A stretch of 61,735 nucleotides of DNA, filler included, from Actinomycetota bacterium (GCA_013152275.1; 7 parts of 7 records of this genome joined end to end with filler, not necessarily neighbours in it), one strand, 5' to 3'; shown: positions 51,960 through 61,305, counted from the whole stretch's first letter. Notes: generated from the letters alone by a model not told the origin. Numbers and translations: made by a program.

Positions 51960-52549
51960 TCACCTCCGTCCGGAGTCGTTGTTGTCGTCGTGTCTCCGAC
52001 ATCTTCGGTCACGAGGTCGCCCGTGGTGAACGCCTTGGCGGAGATCGTCACATCCAACACGGTGAACCCGTCCTTGTCGCTCGGAGTGGCCGCGATGCCG
52101 TCGATGCGGACCAACCGTTCGAGCTCCGAGATCCCGTACAGGTAGCCGAGCACTTGAAAGAACTGACCTTCGATCCTGATCGATATGGGTATCTCGAAGT
52201 AGTCCTGATTCTCGACCTGTGTGGGGTTCCCGATCGTGCTGCCCAGCCAATCGATGCCGGTCTCGTCGGCAAGCGCGTCGAGGTCGTCGATGAGCGCCGG
52301 CATCTGCGGTGTCGGTGGGATCTGTGCATCCATCGCACCGATCGCGGAGATATAGCTCAACTCGTTGTCCTGAATCGTCTTTCGGGCGGCCAGCTGTGTG
52401 CGAAGCAGGACTTCCGTGTCACGCTCGGTCTGGAGCTGCGCCTTGGTGTCGGCGATCCCCTCGTTGATCGGCCGCATGGAGAACATGTACCAGAGCGCGG
52501 TCAGGAGCACGATCACGAGGAAACCAAAGACGACTCCGGTTCGCTTCAT
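51956..52549 (-). CDS. pilO: Type IV pilus biogenesis protein PilO
   Basis: TM plus coiled coil; IP..PQMPALI; EGQFFQV..YL..I..LERLV. Confidence 0.88.
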   Translation of the reverse strand: MKRTGVVFGFLVIVLLTALWYMFSMRPINEGIADTKAQLQTERDTEVLLRTQLAARKTIQDNELSYISAIGAMDAQIPPTPQMPALIDDLDALADETGIDWLGSTIGNPTQVENQDYFEIPISIRIEGQFFQVLGYLYGISELERLVRIDGIAATPSDKDGFTVLDVTISAKAFTTGDLVTEDVGDTTTTTTPDGGE

Positions 52550-53166
52550 TCCGGCACTTCCGGGATCCGTTCATCCACTCTCGTCGACACGCTCGGCTGC
52601 ATCAGCGAGGCGCTGGACTGGAAGTCCACCACGGGGATCTCCCCGATCGCAGACATCTGCGCCGAAGTGACCCACCCCCCCGCCAGGGCCGGCCACACAT
52701 CGCTGTCGACGACGCGAAGCCACGTCGACGCATCCGGATAGTCGAAGGCCGTCGCTCCCACCTGCACCTGCCCGACCACACCCGGTATATCCCCACTCGC
52801 GTCGACACTCCCATCGAACGATGTCAGCCAGACGCGATCCGGGATGACACGGGCGAGATCGTTGAACAGTTTTCCCCAGGCAACGTCCCTCTCGAGAGCC
52901 GACCGTATCCGTGCCACACCGTCTTCGTATCCGGTCCGCAGGTCCGCGGAGTCGCCAAGCGCGTCGATCTGCTGCTGCGTGGCCTGATTCGCCTGCTTCT
53001 GTGCGATCAACTCGTCTTCGACTCCTTGGGCCTTCCCGCCTTGCCAGTAGGAGACGAGAGCGAGCAGTACGACGTAGAGAATCCCCAGCGTGACCAATCT
53101 GGCGACCTTGCGCCGCGACTCCTTCTTCTGGGCAATCTCTGGCGGCAGCAGGTTGATCGGGCGCAT
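52546..53166 (-). CDS. pilN: Type IV pilus biogenesis protein PilN
   Basis: INLLP motif; TM; LARVIPDRVWLTSF. Confidence 0.9.
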   Translation of the reverse strand: MRPINLLPPEIAQKKESRRKVARLVTLGILYVVLLALVSYWQGGKAQGVEDELIAQKQANQATQQQIDALGDSADLRTGYEDGVARIRSALERDVAWGKLFNDLARVIPDRVWLTSFDGSVDASGDIPGVVGQVQVGATAFDYPDASTWLRVVDSDVWPALAGGWVTSAQMSAIGEIPVVDFQSSASLMQPSVSTRVDERIPEVPE

Positions 53167-54230
53167 CAGGCTTCGCTCCACAGGCCGAGCCCGACTGCGA
53201 CAGGCAGGACCGGCTGCACTTGGGCCAGCTCGGCTTCCGACATACCCAGTTTGCCGAACTTGAGGGTGTCGTCTCCAACGATCCGAACGGCCTCGATGGG
53301 AAGCTCCAACGACTGACCCATCCGGTTGGCCAGGTGTGGGAGGCGTGCACCGTTGCCGGAGATGAGGATCCTGTCGACCGCAGTGCCGCCGGATTCGGAG
53401 CGGTAGTAGTCGATGGAGCCGCGAACCTCTTCGATCAGCGCGTCGGTCTCTTCCGTGAGGGCTCGCTTGCCTTCATCCTCCTCCGAAGCGGCGTCACCGT
53501 CGGGAGTGACTCCCGTCTTGCGCTTCCTTCGCTCGGCTTCCTGGAAGTCGAGCGAGAGCGCCTCGGCAAGGACACGTGTGAACTGCTCGCCACCGATGGG
53601 CACGATACGCAGAAAGCGAACCGTCCCGTTTCGAACGATGGCCACCTGTGTCACACCCGCTCCGATGTTCACCACGGCGCGAGCACCCTCGTCGAGTTGC
53701 AGGTCGGGGCCGACGATCGCCCTGACGAGGGCGAACGCCTGGAGGTCGATGGCCATCGGCTTCGCCCCGACCCCGGAGATGACTTCGAGCACTTCGTTGG
53801 CCATTTCACGCTGCGCGGCGATCACGAGAACGGACAGCATCGCCTCGCCGTCGGGCGTGCTGAACTCCTCCAATGGCACGAAATCGAGGATTGCCTCTTC
53901 GACCGGAATCGGAATGTACTCGGCGGCACGGAACGGCAACGACTCCCTGAGTTCCTCTTCGGACATGTAGGGCACGTCGACCCGACGGACGATGACACGC
54001 TGGTTCGCAATTCCCACGACCACGCGTTTGTGAGGGAGCTTTGCCGTCTTCCACAGCTGGGTCAGAGCGTCCCGTACCGTCGACGGCTCAACGATCTCAC
54101 CGGCAACAACGGCACCGATGGGCAGTGACACCTGTCCGTAACGTTTGAGGACAGGTACCCCTTTTCCCGTCTGCACCACTGCAGCCCGGACCGCACTTGT
54201 GCCGATATCCAGACCGACATTGATCGCCAT
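53166..54230 (-). CDS. pilM: Type IV pilus assembly protein PilM
   Basis: VGLDIGTSAVR; YIPIPVEEAILDF; ISGNGARL; VAVGLGL. Confidence 0.94.
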   Translation of the reverse strand: MAINVGLDIGTSAVRAAVVQTGKGVPVLKRYGQVSLPIGAVVAGEIVEPSTVRDALTQLWKTAKLPHKRVVVGIANQRVIVRRVDVPYMSEEELRESLPFRAAEYIPIPVEEAILDFVPLEEFSTPDGEAMLSVLVIAAQREMANEVLEVISGVGAKPMAIDLQAFALVRAIVGPDLQLDEGARAVVNIGAGVTQVAIVRNGTVRFLRIVPIGGEQFTRVLAEALSLDFQEAERRKRKTGVTPDGDAASEEDEGKRALTEETDALIEEVRGSIDYYRSESGGTAVDRILISGNGARLPHLANRMGQSLELPIEAVRIVGDDTLKFGKLGMSEAELAQVQPVLPVAVGLGLWSEA

Positions 54231-54423
54231 GACTCTCCGCCCTGGCCGGGCAGGCTCCCGGCCTGTTGCGACTGACCCACAGCCGCACGCACCGAATTAC
54301 ATCGGTGTCATTTGGAGCCTACCAACGCGCCGCGGCGCAGGCAAGCAAAGAGGTGGAACGCGCGTCGCGCACCATGCTTCGTGCTCGACACCGTCGCGGC
54401 CGGATACGGCCCGACATGCCCCG

Positions 54424-55188
54424 TTACGTCCGGAGATACCAGGACAGGAGCGACTGCCCCACCGGGATCGCGATCCACGCTCCGGCGATGAGGGCGGGGC
54501 CGAACGCGATCGGATCCTTCCTCCCACGAAGGCGTGTCACCAGGAGCGTGATCGCTGCCAGGCCACCCAAGGAGAAGGCCAGGAAGATGCCCGCCACCAA
54601 GGTGCCCCAGGATGCATACGCCAGAAACAGCCCGAGGAAGAAAGCCAGTTTGACGTCCCCCATGCCGAACCCGCCGCGAGCCGCCAGCGCGATGATGAAC
54701 AGCAGAACGAAGTAGATCGCACCGCCCATGAGTGCTCGAGGCAGATTCTCGACGGCGTGATCTGCGTACGCTCCCCCGGCCAACAGCAGCAGACCGACGA
54801 TCGTCCCGGGGTACAGGATGCGATTGGGGATTCGGTGGTGGTCGAGGTCGGTGAGCGCGAGAACGATCGTCACCGCCGCAAACCACAGGTACGGGATCAG
54901 GATCCATTGCTGCCCGATGAACCAGGCGGACGCCCCGAACACCCCTGCGGTGAAGACTTCGACGAGCGGGTAGCGGATCGAGATCCTTTCTCCACAATCA
55001 CGGCAGCGGCCCCCCAGCAGCAGCCAGGAGAGAACGGGGATGTTGTCCCATGGGCGAATCGGATGGCCGCAGTGCGGGCAGGCGGACGGCGGGTTGACCA
55101 CCGATAGCCCGAGTGGGATGCGGTAGGCGACGACGTTGAGAAAGGATCCGACCATCAGGCCTGCCAGGGCAATCGTTGCGGAGAGCAT
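54424..55188 (-). CDS. pilD: Prepilin peptidase
   Basis: GSFLNVV.YR.P, CPHC...CRDC, IS.RYPLVE, GMGDVKL, FGPAL. Confidence 0.95.
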   Translation of the reverse strand: MLSATIALAGLMVGSFLNVVAYRIPLGLSVVNPPSACPHCGHPIRPWDNIPVLSWLLLGGRCRDCGERISIRYPLVEVFTAGVFGASAWFIGQQWILIPYLWFAAVTIVLALTDLDHHRIPNRILYPGTIVGLLLLAGGAYADHAVENLPRALMGGAIYFVLLFIIALAARGGFGMGDVKLAFFLGLFLAYASWGTLVAGIFLAFSLGGLAAITLLVTRLRGRKDPIAFGPALIAGAWIAIPVGQSLLSWYLRT

Positions 55189-55190
55189 CG

Positions 55191-55646
55191 CTACCAATCG
55201 AGCCCGGCGCAATCGGCCATGTCGTCGACATCGCTCCGCGCAGTGCCGAGACACTTGTACAGGCCGGCGCTCGCGCCGGCACGCACGTGCCGAAGGCCGA
55301 ACCATGTTCCCGAGTTGGAACGGGCATAGAGGAGGACGGAGTCGTCGACGTTCACGACGGTTGCCACCACGATATGAATCGAGTCGTCCGCAGCACCGCT
55401 CCAGTCGAGGCTCGGCTCCAGGGCCGAGAGGCTCGCCCCGTTCGCCGTGTAGATGCCAGCGTCTGCAGCAAAGACCTCCTCCGTCTTCTGACCGGTGACC
55501 AGCGTAGCCTGGGCGGCGGTGTCCTGGGCTCTGTGTCTGGCGCCCAGCAGTGTGGGCACAGCGATGCTCAGCAGTATCGCCATGATCGCGAGCACGACCA
55601 GCAACTCGGTGAGCGAGAACCCTGCGTCGTGCCTGTCCTGGTGCAT
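55191..55646 (-). CDS. Type IV pilin (second or minor)
   Basis: Class III signal AG|FSLTELLVVLAIMAILLSIAVP. Confidence 0.9.
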   Translation of the reverse strand: MHQDRHDAGFSLTELLVVLAIMAILLSIAVPTLLGARHRAQDTAAQATLVTGQKTEEVFAADAGIYTANGASLSALEPSLDWSGAADDSIHIVVATVVNVDDSVLLYARSNSGTWFGLRHVRAGASAGLYKCLGTARSDVDDMADCAGLDW

Positions 55647-55655
55647 ATCTCTATC

Positions 55656-55682
55656 TCATCGGCCTCCGGCGGGGAGACCTGA
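55656..55682 (-). promoter_or_regulatory. Candidate sigma28/WhiG-type promoter
   Basis: TCAGG-N14-GCCGATGA on the minus strand, 10 bp before the pilin ATG. Confidence 0.55.
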
Positions 55683-55693
55683 GATGAACGGAA

Positions 55694-55719
55694 GAGAGGG
55701 TGGCCGTGGCCACCCTCTC
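55694..55719 (-). terminator. Terminator after the major pilin
   Basis: GAGAGGGTGGCC-N2-GGCCACCCTCTC palindrome. Confidence 0.7.
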
Positions 55720-55741
55720 AATCGTATGTTCGTGAGCTGTA

Positions 55742-56218
55742 TTACCAGCTGGACTGGTTGCACTCGGCAACCGTGTCGATGGCCGCAGCCGTTGTAGCCG
55801 AGTTGTAGGTCGTCCCACCACCCGACGTGTCGTCTGCGATGCAGAAGAACGTACCGGATGCGCTCTCGGTGACGAGAACGACGGTGGAGGCGGTGGCTAC
55901 GGGAATCCCGATCTTCGACGTGCTGACGTTGGCAAGAGTATCGAAGTCGAGGCTCGGTTCGAGCGCCTCATATGCCGTGATCGTACCGGCGATATTCGTG
56001 CTCAGGTAGGTCTCTCCATCCACATAGAACACCTTCGCGGCGGTAAGCCCGTTGCGAAGATTGCTCTGCGCGGCCCGATCCTGTGCCTTCTGACGTGCAC
56101 CCAGGAATGTCGGGATGGCGATCGCCATGAGAATGGCAATGATCAGCACGACCACCATCAACTCGACAAGGGTGAAGCCTTCGTCGCTGTGAAGCCTTTG
56201 ATGGATCTTCTCCATCAT
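55742..56218 (-). CDS. pilA: Type IV major pilin
   Basis: EG|FTLVELMVVVLIIAILMAIAIP; two C-terminal Cys; AGGAG RBS. Confidence 0.92.
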   Translation of the reverse strand: MMEKIHQRLHSDEGFTLVELMVVVLIIAILMAIAIPTFLGARQKAQDRAAQSNLRNGLTAAKVFYVDGETYLSTNIAGTITAYEALEPSLDFDTLANVSTSKIGIPVATASTVVLVTESASGTFFCIADDTSGGGTTYNSATTAAAIDTVAECNQSSW

Positions 56219-56259
56219 GATTGCTCTCCTTCCGGGCCGTCTCTCGACCCTCGAACGGT

Positions 56260-56287
56260 GTATCGGTCTCCATCCGCGTTTGGTTGA
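56260..56287 (-). promoter_or_regulatory. Candidate sigma28/WhiG-type promoter
   Basis: TCAAC-N15-ACCGATAC upstream of pilA. Confidence 0.45.
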
Positions 56288-56537
56288 GTGTTTTTCGCGA
56301 CGTTCGTCACGTATCGACGGGTTCCCGAGAGCCATGTATTTCGAGTTTCGTACCTCGAGGCAGGATCGATACGAGACCGCGGGGCAATACCTCTATTGGT
56401 CCCCCCAGGGAGCGAAGCGACCGTTGGGGGGAANNNNNNNNNNNNNNNNNNNNNNNNNNNNNNNNNNNNNNNNNNNNTTAATTAATTAANNNNNNNNNNN
56501 NNNNNNNNNNNNNNNNNNNNNNNNNNNNNNNNNAGAG

Positions 56538-57128
56538 GTGATCTTCGACGGGTTCTCACACCTGTTCCCTGCAGGGGTGGTGACGGGGGTGACGGGCAGG
56601 TCGGGGTCGGGCAAGTCGACGTTGTTGTATCTGGTCGGGTTGTTGCTGACCCCGTGGTCGGGACAGATCCGGTATGGGCAGGTGGAGGCCGGTGGACTGT
56701 CGGATGCGGCACGCTCGGCGATACGCGCTTCGAGGGTGGGGTTCGTGTTTCAAGATGCGGTGTTAGATCCGTCCCGGAGCGTGTTGGACAACATGATCGA
56801 GGGGGCCGTGTATGCGGGTCTGGGTCGGGTGCAAGCGACCGAACGGGCGACCGTGTTGGCGGACAGGTTCGAGGTGGGGTTGCGGCTGGGGCACAAGCCG
56901 GGGGAGGTGTCGGGTGGCCAGGCGCAACGTGTCGCGTTGTGTCGGGCGTTAGTGAACCGTCCCGACATAATCTTGGCGGATGAACCGACCGGGAACCTGG
57001 ACGATGTGACCGCCCGTGTCGTGATCGACGCGCTGGTCGGGTTGGCACACGACCAGGAGGCGACGGTGATCATCGTGTCGCACGATCACACGGTTGCTGC
57101 CGCCTGTGACGAGGTGGTGGAACTGTGA
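56538..57128 (+). CDS. ABC transporter ATPase (LolD/MacB-like), 5' partial
   Basis: GRSGSGKST, GFVFQ, VSGGQAQR, LADEPTGNLD, SHD. Confidence 0.93.
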   Translation: MIFDGFSHLFPAGVVTGVTGRSGSGKSTLLYLVGLLLTPWSGQIRYGQVEAGGLSDAARSAIRASRVGFVFQDAVLDPSRSVLDNMIEGAVYAGLGRVQATERATVLADRFEVGLRLGHKPGEVSGGQAQRVALCRALVNRPDIILADEPTGNLDDVTARVVIDALVGLAHDQEATVIIVSHDHTVAAACDEVVEL

Positions 57129-58225
57129 GACGCCTCGCAGGGCTGGTCGCCGAGGCGGTACGGATGATGGCGGCCCGTCCGGTGTCGTCGACGGTGACCG
57201 GGCTGATCGTGGCTGCGGTGTGTGGGGTGATCCTGTCAACGACCGGACAGTCGGTGCAGGCGGAACGGCAAGTCCTGGCCCGTATCGACGATGCCGGCAC
57301 CCGGAGTGTGATCATCACCGATACCAACGGGTCCGCCTGGATTCACGCCTCGGCGGTGGATCGGATCGGGCGCCTGTCGGGTGTCGAGTGGGCGATCGGG
57401 TTGGGTCCGGCTGTCGATGTGCACGCCGCCGGTATCCCCGGTGGCAACCCAGCGGCGGTGCGGGCCGTCTACGGTACCCTTCCGGTCGAGGTGACCACCT
57501 CAGGGTGGGACCAGACACCCGGCACGGTTCTGGTCGGCCCCGTCGCACAAACCACCCTCGGACTCGAAGTCCCCGCCGGTGGGGTCGCCACCAGCGACAA
57601 CGTCGACTATGCGGTCGTCGGCTGGTTCAATGCGACCGACCCGCTCGGGTTCCTCAACCGGTCGCTGATCGCCGCACCCGACAGCGGCGATGTCGATCCG
57701 ATCATCCGTGCCATCTACGTGCTCACCCGACAACCAGAAGACGTTGCAGCTGTCGCCGATGCCGTCGTCGGGATCGTTGATCCCGAGGACCCGACAGCGG
57801 TCGGAATCCAAACCTCCGAAACGATCGTCGAGATCCGCAAAGCCGTCCAAGGAGAACTCGGCCGCTACTCCAGACGGCTCGTCACCGTCATCCTTGCCGT
57901 CGGGTTGATCCTCGTCGGATTGAACATCTACGGATCTGTCACCACCGCCCGACGAGACTACGGGCGACGCCGCGCCCTCGGCGCATCACGACCCGACATC
58001 ATCACCCTCGTCACCACCCAAACCGTCACCGTCGCCCTCATCGGCGCCCTTACCGGCAGCGTGGCCGGTGGGGCTGTCATCTGGAAACTCACCGGCACCC
58101 CACCCGACCTGTCGTTCACCACCGCTATCGCCACTCTCGCCATCCTCACCGCAGGCATCGCCGCCATCCCACCCGCCGTCATCGCCGCCTGGCGCGACCC
58201 CGTCTCCATCCTCCGAGTCCCTTAG
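57125..58225 (+). CDS. FtsX/MacB-like ABC permease, close paralog of 40205-41305
   Basis: Same architecture; many identical stretches; ends AAWRDPVSILRVP. Confidence 0.9.
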   Translation: MRRLAGLVAEAVRMMAARPVSSTVTGLIVAAVCGVILSTTGQSVQAERQVLARIDDAGTRSVIITDTNGSAWIHASAVDRIGRLSGVEWAIGLGPAVDVHAAGIPGGNPAAVRAVYGTLPVEVTTSGWDQTPGTVLVGPVAQTTLGLEVPAGGVATSDNVDYAVVGWFNATDPLGFLNRSLIAAPDSGDVDPIIRAIYVLTRQPEDVAAVADAVVGIVDPEDPTAVGIQTSETIVEIRKAVQGELGRYSRRLVTVILAVGLILVGLNIYGSVTTARRDYGRRRALGASRPDIITLVTTQTVTVALIGALTGSVAGGAVIWKLTGTPPDLSFTTAIATLAILTAGIAAIPPAVIAAWRDPVSILRVP

Positions 58226-58391
58226 ATCCAGTTCTCCTGGAGTCTCCGCGCGACAACACGCCTGATCTGGACACAGACAGGGTATGGCGATGCTTTGGGA
58301 AGGAAGGAGAGGAGGGAGTATGAGACGACTCATTGTCACAATTCTGGTCATGGCCATGATCATGACCATGGCGGCTGCACCAGCGGTGGCG
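58202..58391 (+). repeat. 190-bp cassette-head repeat A (permease tail, intergenic region, signal peptide)
   Basis: Aligns without gaps to 59672-59861; about 9 mismatches by manual count. Confidence 0.95.
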
Positions 58392-58626
58392 ACCCCGGGA
58401 AGTGACTACTTCGCGACGAGGTATTGCACGATCTATCAGGGAGTGTTTATCTACAGCCGGGCCGCCGGCTAGCGTCTTGTTCGAGTGGGAAGGGCATTTC
58501 ACGTACAACTACACCCCCACAGCGGCCTACTGGGGCGTCCAGACGAACGACCCCGAAACGTGGGCGCGGATCAGCTGGGACAGCTACAAGATCACCGACG
58601 GGGCATACTGCAAGAGTGTCCTCTAG
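58320..58626 (+). pseudogene. Secreted peptide precursor 1, +1 frameshift at about 58470
   Basis: MRRLIVTILVMAMIMTMAAAPAVA|TPGSDYFATRYC...SRAAG*, continuing in the +1 frame as SVLFEWEG...GAYCKSVL*. Confidence 0.75.
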
Positions 58627-58630
58627 CCAG

Positions 58631-59206
58631 ATGCAGAGCATGCTGCGGAGCGTTGGCGCCGTTTACCTTCTCTTGATACTCGCGACGGTGACGGCCTGTA
58701 GCCGATCAGATGAATCGCCGGCAGCACGTGTCGGCACGAACGCTGGGGCCACCGAGGATTCGATTTCTCGGTGGCCCCCCGTGTCGCTGCTGCCGGACGA
58801 GTTCTTCCCCCGCCTCGTCAAGTGTCTGAATGATCACGGCTATGCGGTGACACTGAATCCTGACTACACGATCTCCGGGCATGGGAGTGTCGATTCGGAG
58901 CAGTTCCTCCAGACACGTGACGAGTGTGCTCGGGAGATTGACCCGGGGTACGTGGAGGATCCGCCGCCGTTCACCGAGACGCAGCTCGAGAGCTTCTATT
59001 CGTACGTCAAGGCCGAGGCGGCGTGTTTCGCGGAGCTGGGGTACCCGCTGGTGCAGGTGCCGTCGTTCGATAAGTTCTTGTCAGACCTGCCGGTGCTGTT
59101 CGACCCCGTCGCGGTGCTCATCGAAGATCTTGGAGTGTCTCCCACCAACGAGGAAATCGCCACTTGCAGATGGCGGAACAAGCCGGAGTGGCTCGTAGCA
59201 CCGTAG
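58631..59206 (+). CDS. 4-Cys lipoprotein 1
   Basis: Lipobox VTAC; KCLNDHGY..DEC..ACFAELGY..ATC. Confidence 0.82.
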   Translation: MQSMLRSVGAVYLLLILATVTACSRSDESPAARVGTNAGATEDSISRWPPVSLLPDEFFPRLVKCLNDHGYAVTLNPDYTISGHGSVDSEQFLQTRDECAREIDPGYVEDPPPFTETQLESFYSYVKAEAACFAELGYPLVQVPSFDKFLSDLPVLFDPVAVLIEDLGVSPTNEEIATCRWRNKPEWLVAP

Positions 59207-59243
59207 CGGCGGAGAGTGCATGCTCTTGACAGAGGGATCGAAG

Positions 59244-59309
59244 ATGAGGACAGTCGTAATCCTCGTGTTGGTCATCGCTCTGGCGGCCGTGATCGCACTG
59301 CCCGCCTGA
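59244..59309 (+). pseudogene. Orphan signal-peptide remnant (probable dead precursor)
   Basis: GAGGG RBS; MRTVVILVLVIALAAVIALPA*, reading on as ATVWKFG. Confidence 0.45.
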
Positions 59310-59429
59310 GCGACTGTGTGGAAGTTCGGATCTACCACCGTCCTCGAAGAGGTGGCGGCAGCGGTCAAACGCCGTAGTTCGCGGCTTCAGAGATTCCGTC
59401 ACGCGCGAGTAGCCCGCCCGATGAGATGA

Positions 59430-59654
59430 CTCCCGCCGCGCTCAGCCTGACGAACCCAATTCCGCATCGTCTCAGTCGAACAGCCAATCTTGCCAGCGAT
59501 CGACGTGATCGCCGCCCACTCCGACTCGTACTCCACACGATGCTCCAACACGCGACGAACCGCACGTTCGCGCACCTCCAGTGAATACCTTGATGGTCTA
59601 GACATGACTCCATCCTCCCAAGGATCAGAGTGATATTCCCCAGGTTTGGTGGAG
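59430..59654 (-). mobile_element. IS3-family fragment (OrfA N-terminus and terminal IR-like sequence)
   Basis: [18 protein letters not shown]...[31 protein letters not shown] from 59605; TGATATTCCCCAGGTTTGGTGGAG at 59631. Confidence 0.85.
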
Positions 59655-59671
59655 TCGGGATAGTTGAATCG

Positions 59672-59861
59672 GTCTCCATCCTCCGAGTCCCCTAGATCCA
59701 GTTCTCCTGGAGTCTCCGCGCGACAACACGCCTGATCTGGACACAGACAGGGTATGGCGGTGCTTTGGGAAGGAAGGAGAGGAGAGAGTATGAGACGACT
59801 CGTTGTTACGATTCTGGTCATAGCCATGATCATGACCATGGCGGCTGCACCAGCAGTAGCG
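59672..59861 (+). repeat. 190-bp cassette-head repeat B
   Basis: Direct repeat of 58202-58391, offset 1470 bp. Confidence 0.95.
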
Positions 59862-60089
59862 GAAGGGGGTGGCACTATGAACTGCGGGAGCGGGGGATAC
59901 GCGACTACCCACTCGTACACGTCGGGAGGGAGCAATCACTTCCTAGCCCCCCACTGGGTTGCGGGGTTCACGACCCAACAGGTGCGGACGGTGTACTGGG
60001 CCCCAGTTTACTCGTACGGGTGGACCGATTGGTCACTCTACGTAAGAGGGACCTACTACTCGAGCTGGGGGACCTGCGATGTGCAGTAG
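59790..60089 (+). CDS. Secreted peptide precursor 2 (99 aa)
   Basis: MRRLVVTILVIAMIMTMAAAPAVA|EGGGTMNC...SWGTCDVQ; Trp/Tyr/Gly/Ser/Thr-rich; strong RBS. Confidence 0.85.
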   Translation: MRRLVVTILVIAMIMTMAAAPAVAEGGGTMNCGSGGYATTHSYTSGGSNHFLAPHWVAGFTTQQVRTVYWAPVYSYGWTDWSLYVRGTYYSSWGTCDVQ

Positions 60090-60092
60090 GTG

Positions 60093-60791
60093 ATGCAGGT
60101 GGTGGGTGGCGGCATCGAGAGGGCTCTGGCGTGGTTCTGCCTGCTGGTGTTCCTGGCGGCAGCTTCGGCATGCACGCGACAGACGGCGGATGCCCGAGCG
60201 ATCGAGGTTTCGACACCCTCCACATCCTCGACGTCTGAGACGGTTGTTAGTACGACCGGTGATGGGGATGCTGGATTCTCGTGGGCTGCGCAGGTCCCGG
60301 ACTGGCCGCCCGGGTATGTCGATCCAGGGAACGGTCCGTACCCCGTCGAGGGCGTAGAGCATGTGAAGTATCGGATCGCCTGTCTCGAATACCTCGGTTT
60401 CGCGGTCACGCCAACGGTTGACAGGCTCAGCTACATGTTCGACTACAGGGGATTGACTCCCGAGGACGCGGTCGCGGTCGACCAAGAGTGCTATCAGCGG
60501 GCCATCGACATCGGCCTCGTTCGCGAGTATCGGGACATACCAACGGATCTGAGCCTCAAGTACGAGACAGAGATGCAGACCCAACGGTGCCTGGAGGAGC
60601 ATGGGTTTCGCGTCGTGGACCCCCCAACGCTCGACTCGTACATCGACAGTGGCGGGACTAATTGGAGCGCCTTCGACGCCTACGGGGGACGTCTGGACGT
60701 GTTTTCTACAGAAGGCATGACCTTGGACGAGCGCGAGTGGCTGGATGCAGAGATCGCCTGTCCTCCGGGTGAAGAGATCCCCGGCGGGTAG
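60093..60791 (+). CDS. 4-Cys lipoprotein 2
   Basis: Lipobox ASAC; ACLEYLGF..QEC..RCLEEHGF..IAC. Confidence 0.82.
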   Translation: MQVVGGGIERALAWFCLLVFLAAASACTRQTADARAIEVSTPSTSSTSETVVSTTGDGDAGFSWAAQVPDWPPGYVDPGNGPYPVEGVEHVKYRIACLEYLGFAVTPTVDRLSYMFDYRGLTPEDAVAVDQECYQRAIDIGLVREYRDIPTDLSLKYETEMQTQRCLEEHGFRVVDPPTLDSYIDSGGTNWSAFDAYGGRLDVFSTEGMTLDEREWLDAEIACPPGEEIPGG

Positions 60792-61003
60792 CGGATCCCG
60801 TCTGTCGATGACCTTTCGAGCATGGGCGAGCGACAGTCAAACGGTGTCTGGCCCAAGAGGGACTCCGACTATCTGCAACTCACCAAAGAACAAACCCGAG
60901 CATCTCGCGAACCACTACTGGGAACCGCAACTCGAACCCTGATGTAGAGGGCGGGCGGGAGTCCACGCGAGACAAGTCGCCCGGGTAGGGAGGCTTCCAA
61001 GCC

Positions 61004-61305
61004 GCCACCGACCCGCTCGCGTTCTTGAACCGGTCGTTGCTCGCCGCAGCCGACCCGACGATCCCCGATCCGACACTGCGGGTCATCTACGTGCTCACCC
61101 GACGACCAGAAGACGTCGCGGTCGCCCTCGCCGGTGCCATCGCAGGAGCAGTCATCGGCGGAACGTCATCTGGCGACTCACCGGCGGCCCACCCGACCTG
61201 GCGTTCACCACCGCCATCGCCACCCTCGCTGCCGGCATCGCCGCCATCCCACCCGCAACTATCGCCGCCTGGCGCGACCCCATCTCCATCCTCTGAATCC
61301 CCTGA
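61004..61305 (+). pseudogene. Internally deleted remnant of the ABC permease 3' half (head of cassette 3)
   Basis: TDPLAFLNRSLLAA, IYVLTRRPEDVA, AAWRDPISIL*IP; deletions and frameshifts. Confidence 0.85.

Noticed and set aside
58202..59861. Diversity-generating retroelement TR/VR pair, or integron cassettes
   Set aside because: Mismatches are transitions in both directions rather than A-specific; no reverse transcriptase, no IntI and no attC-like palindromes are visible.
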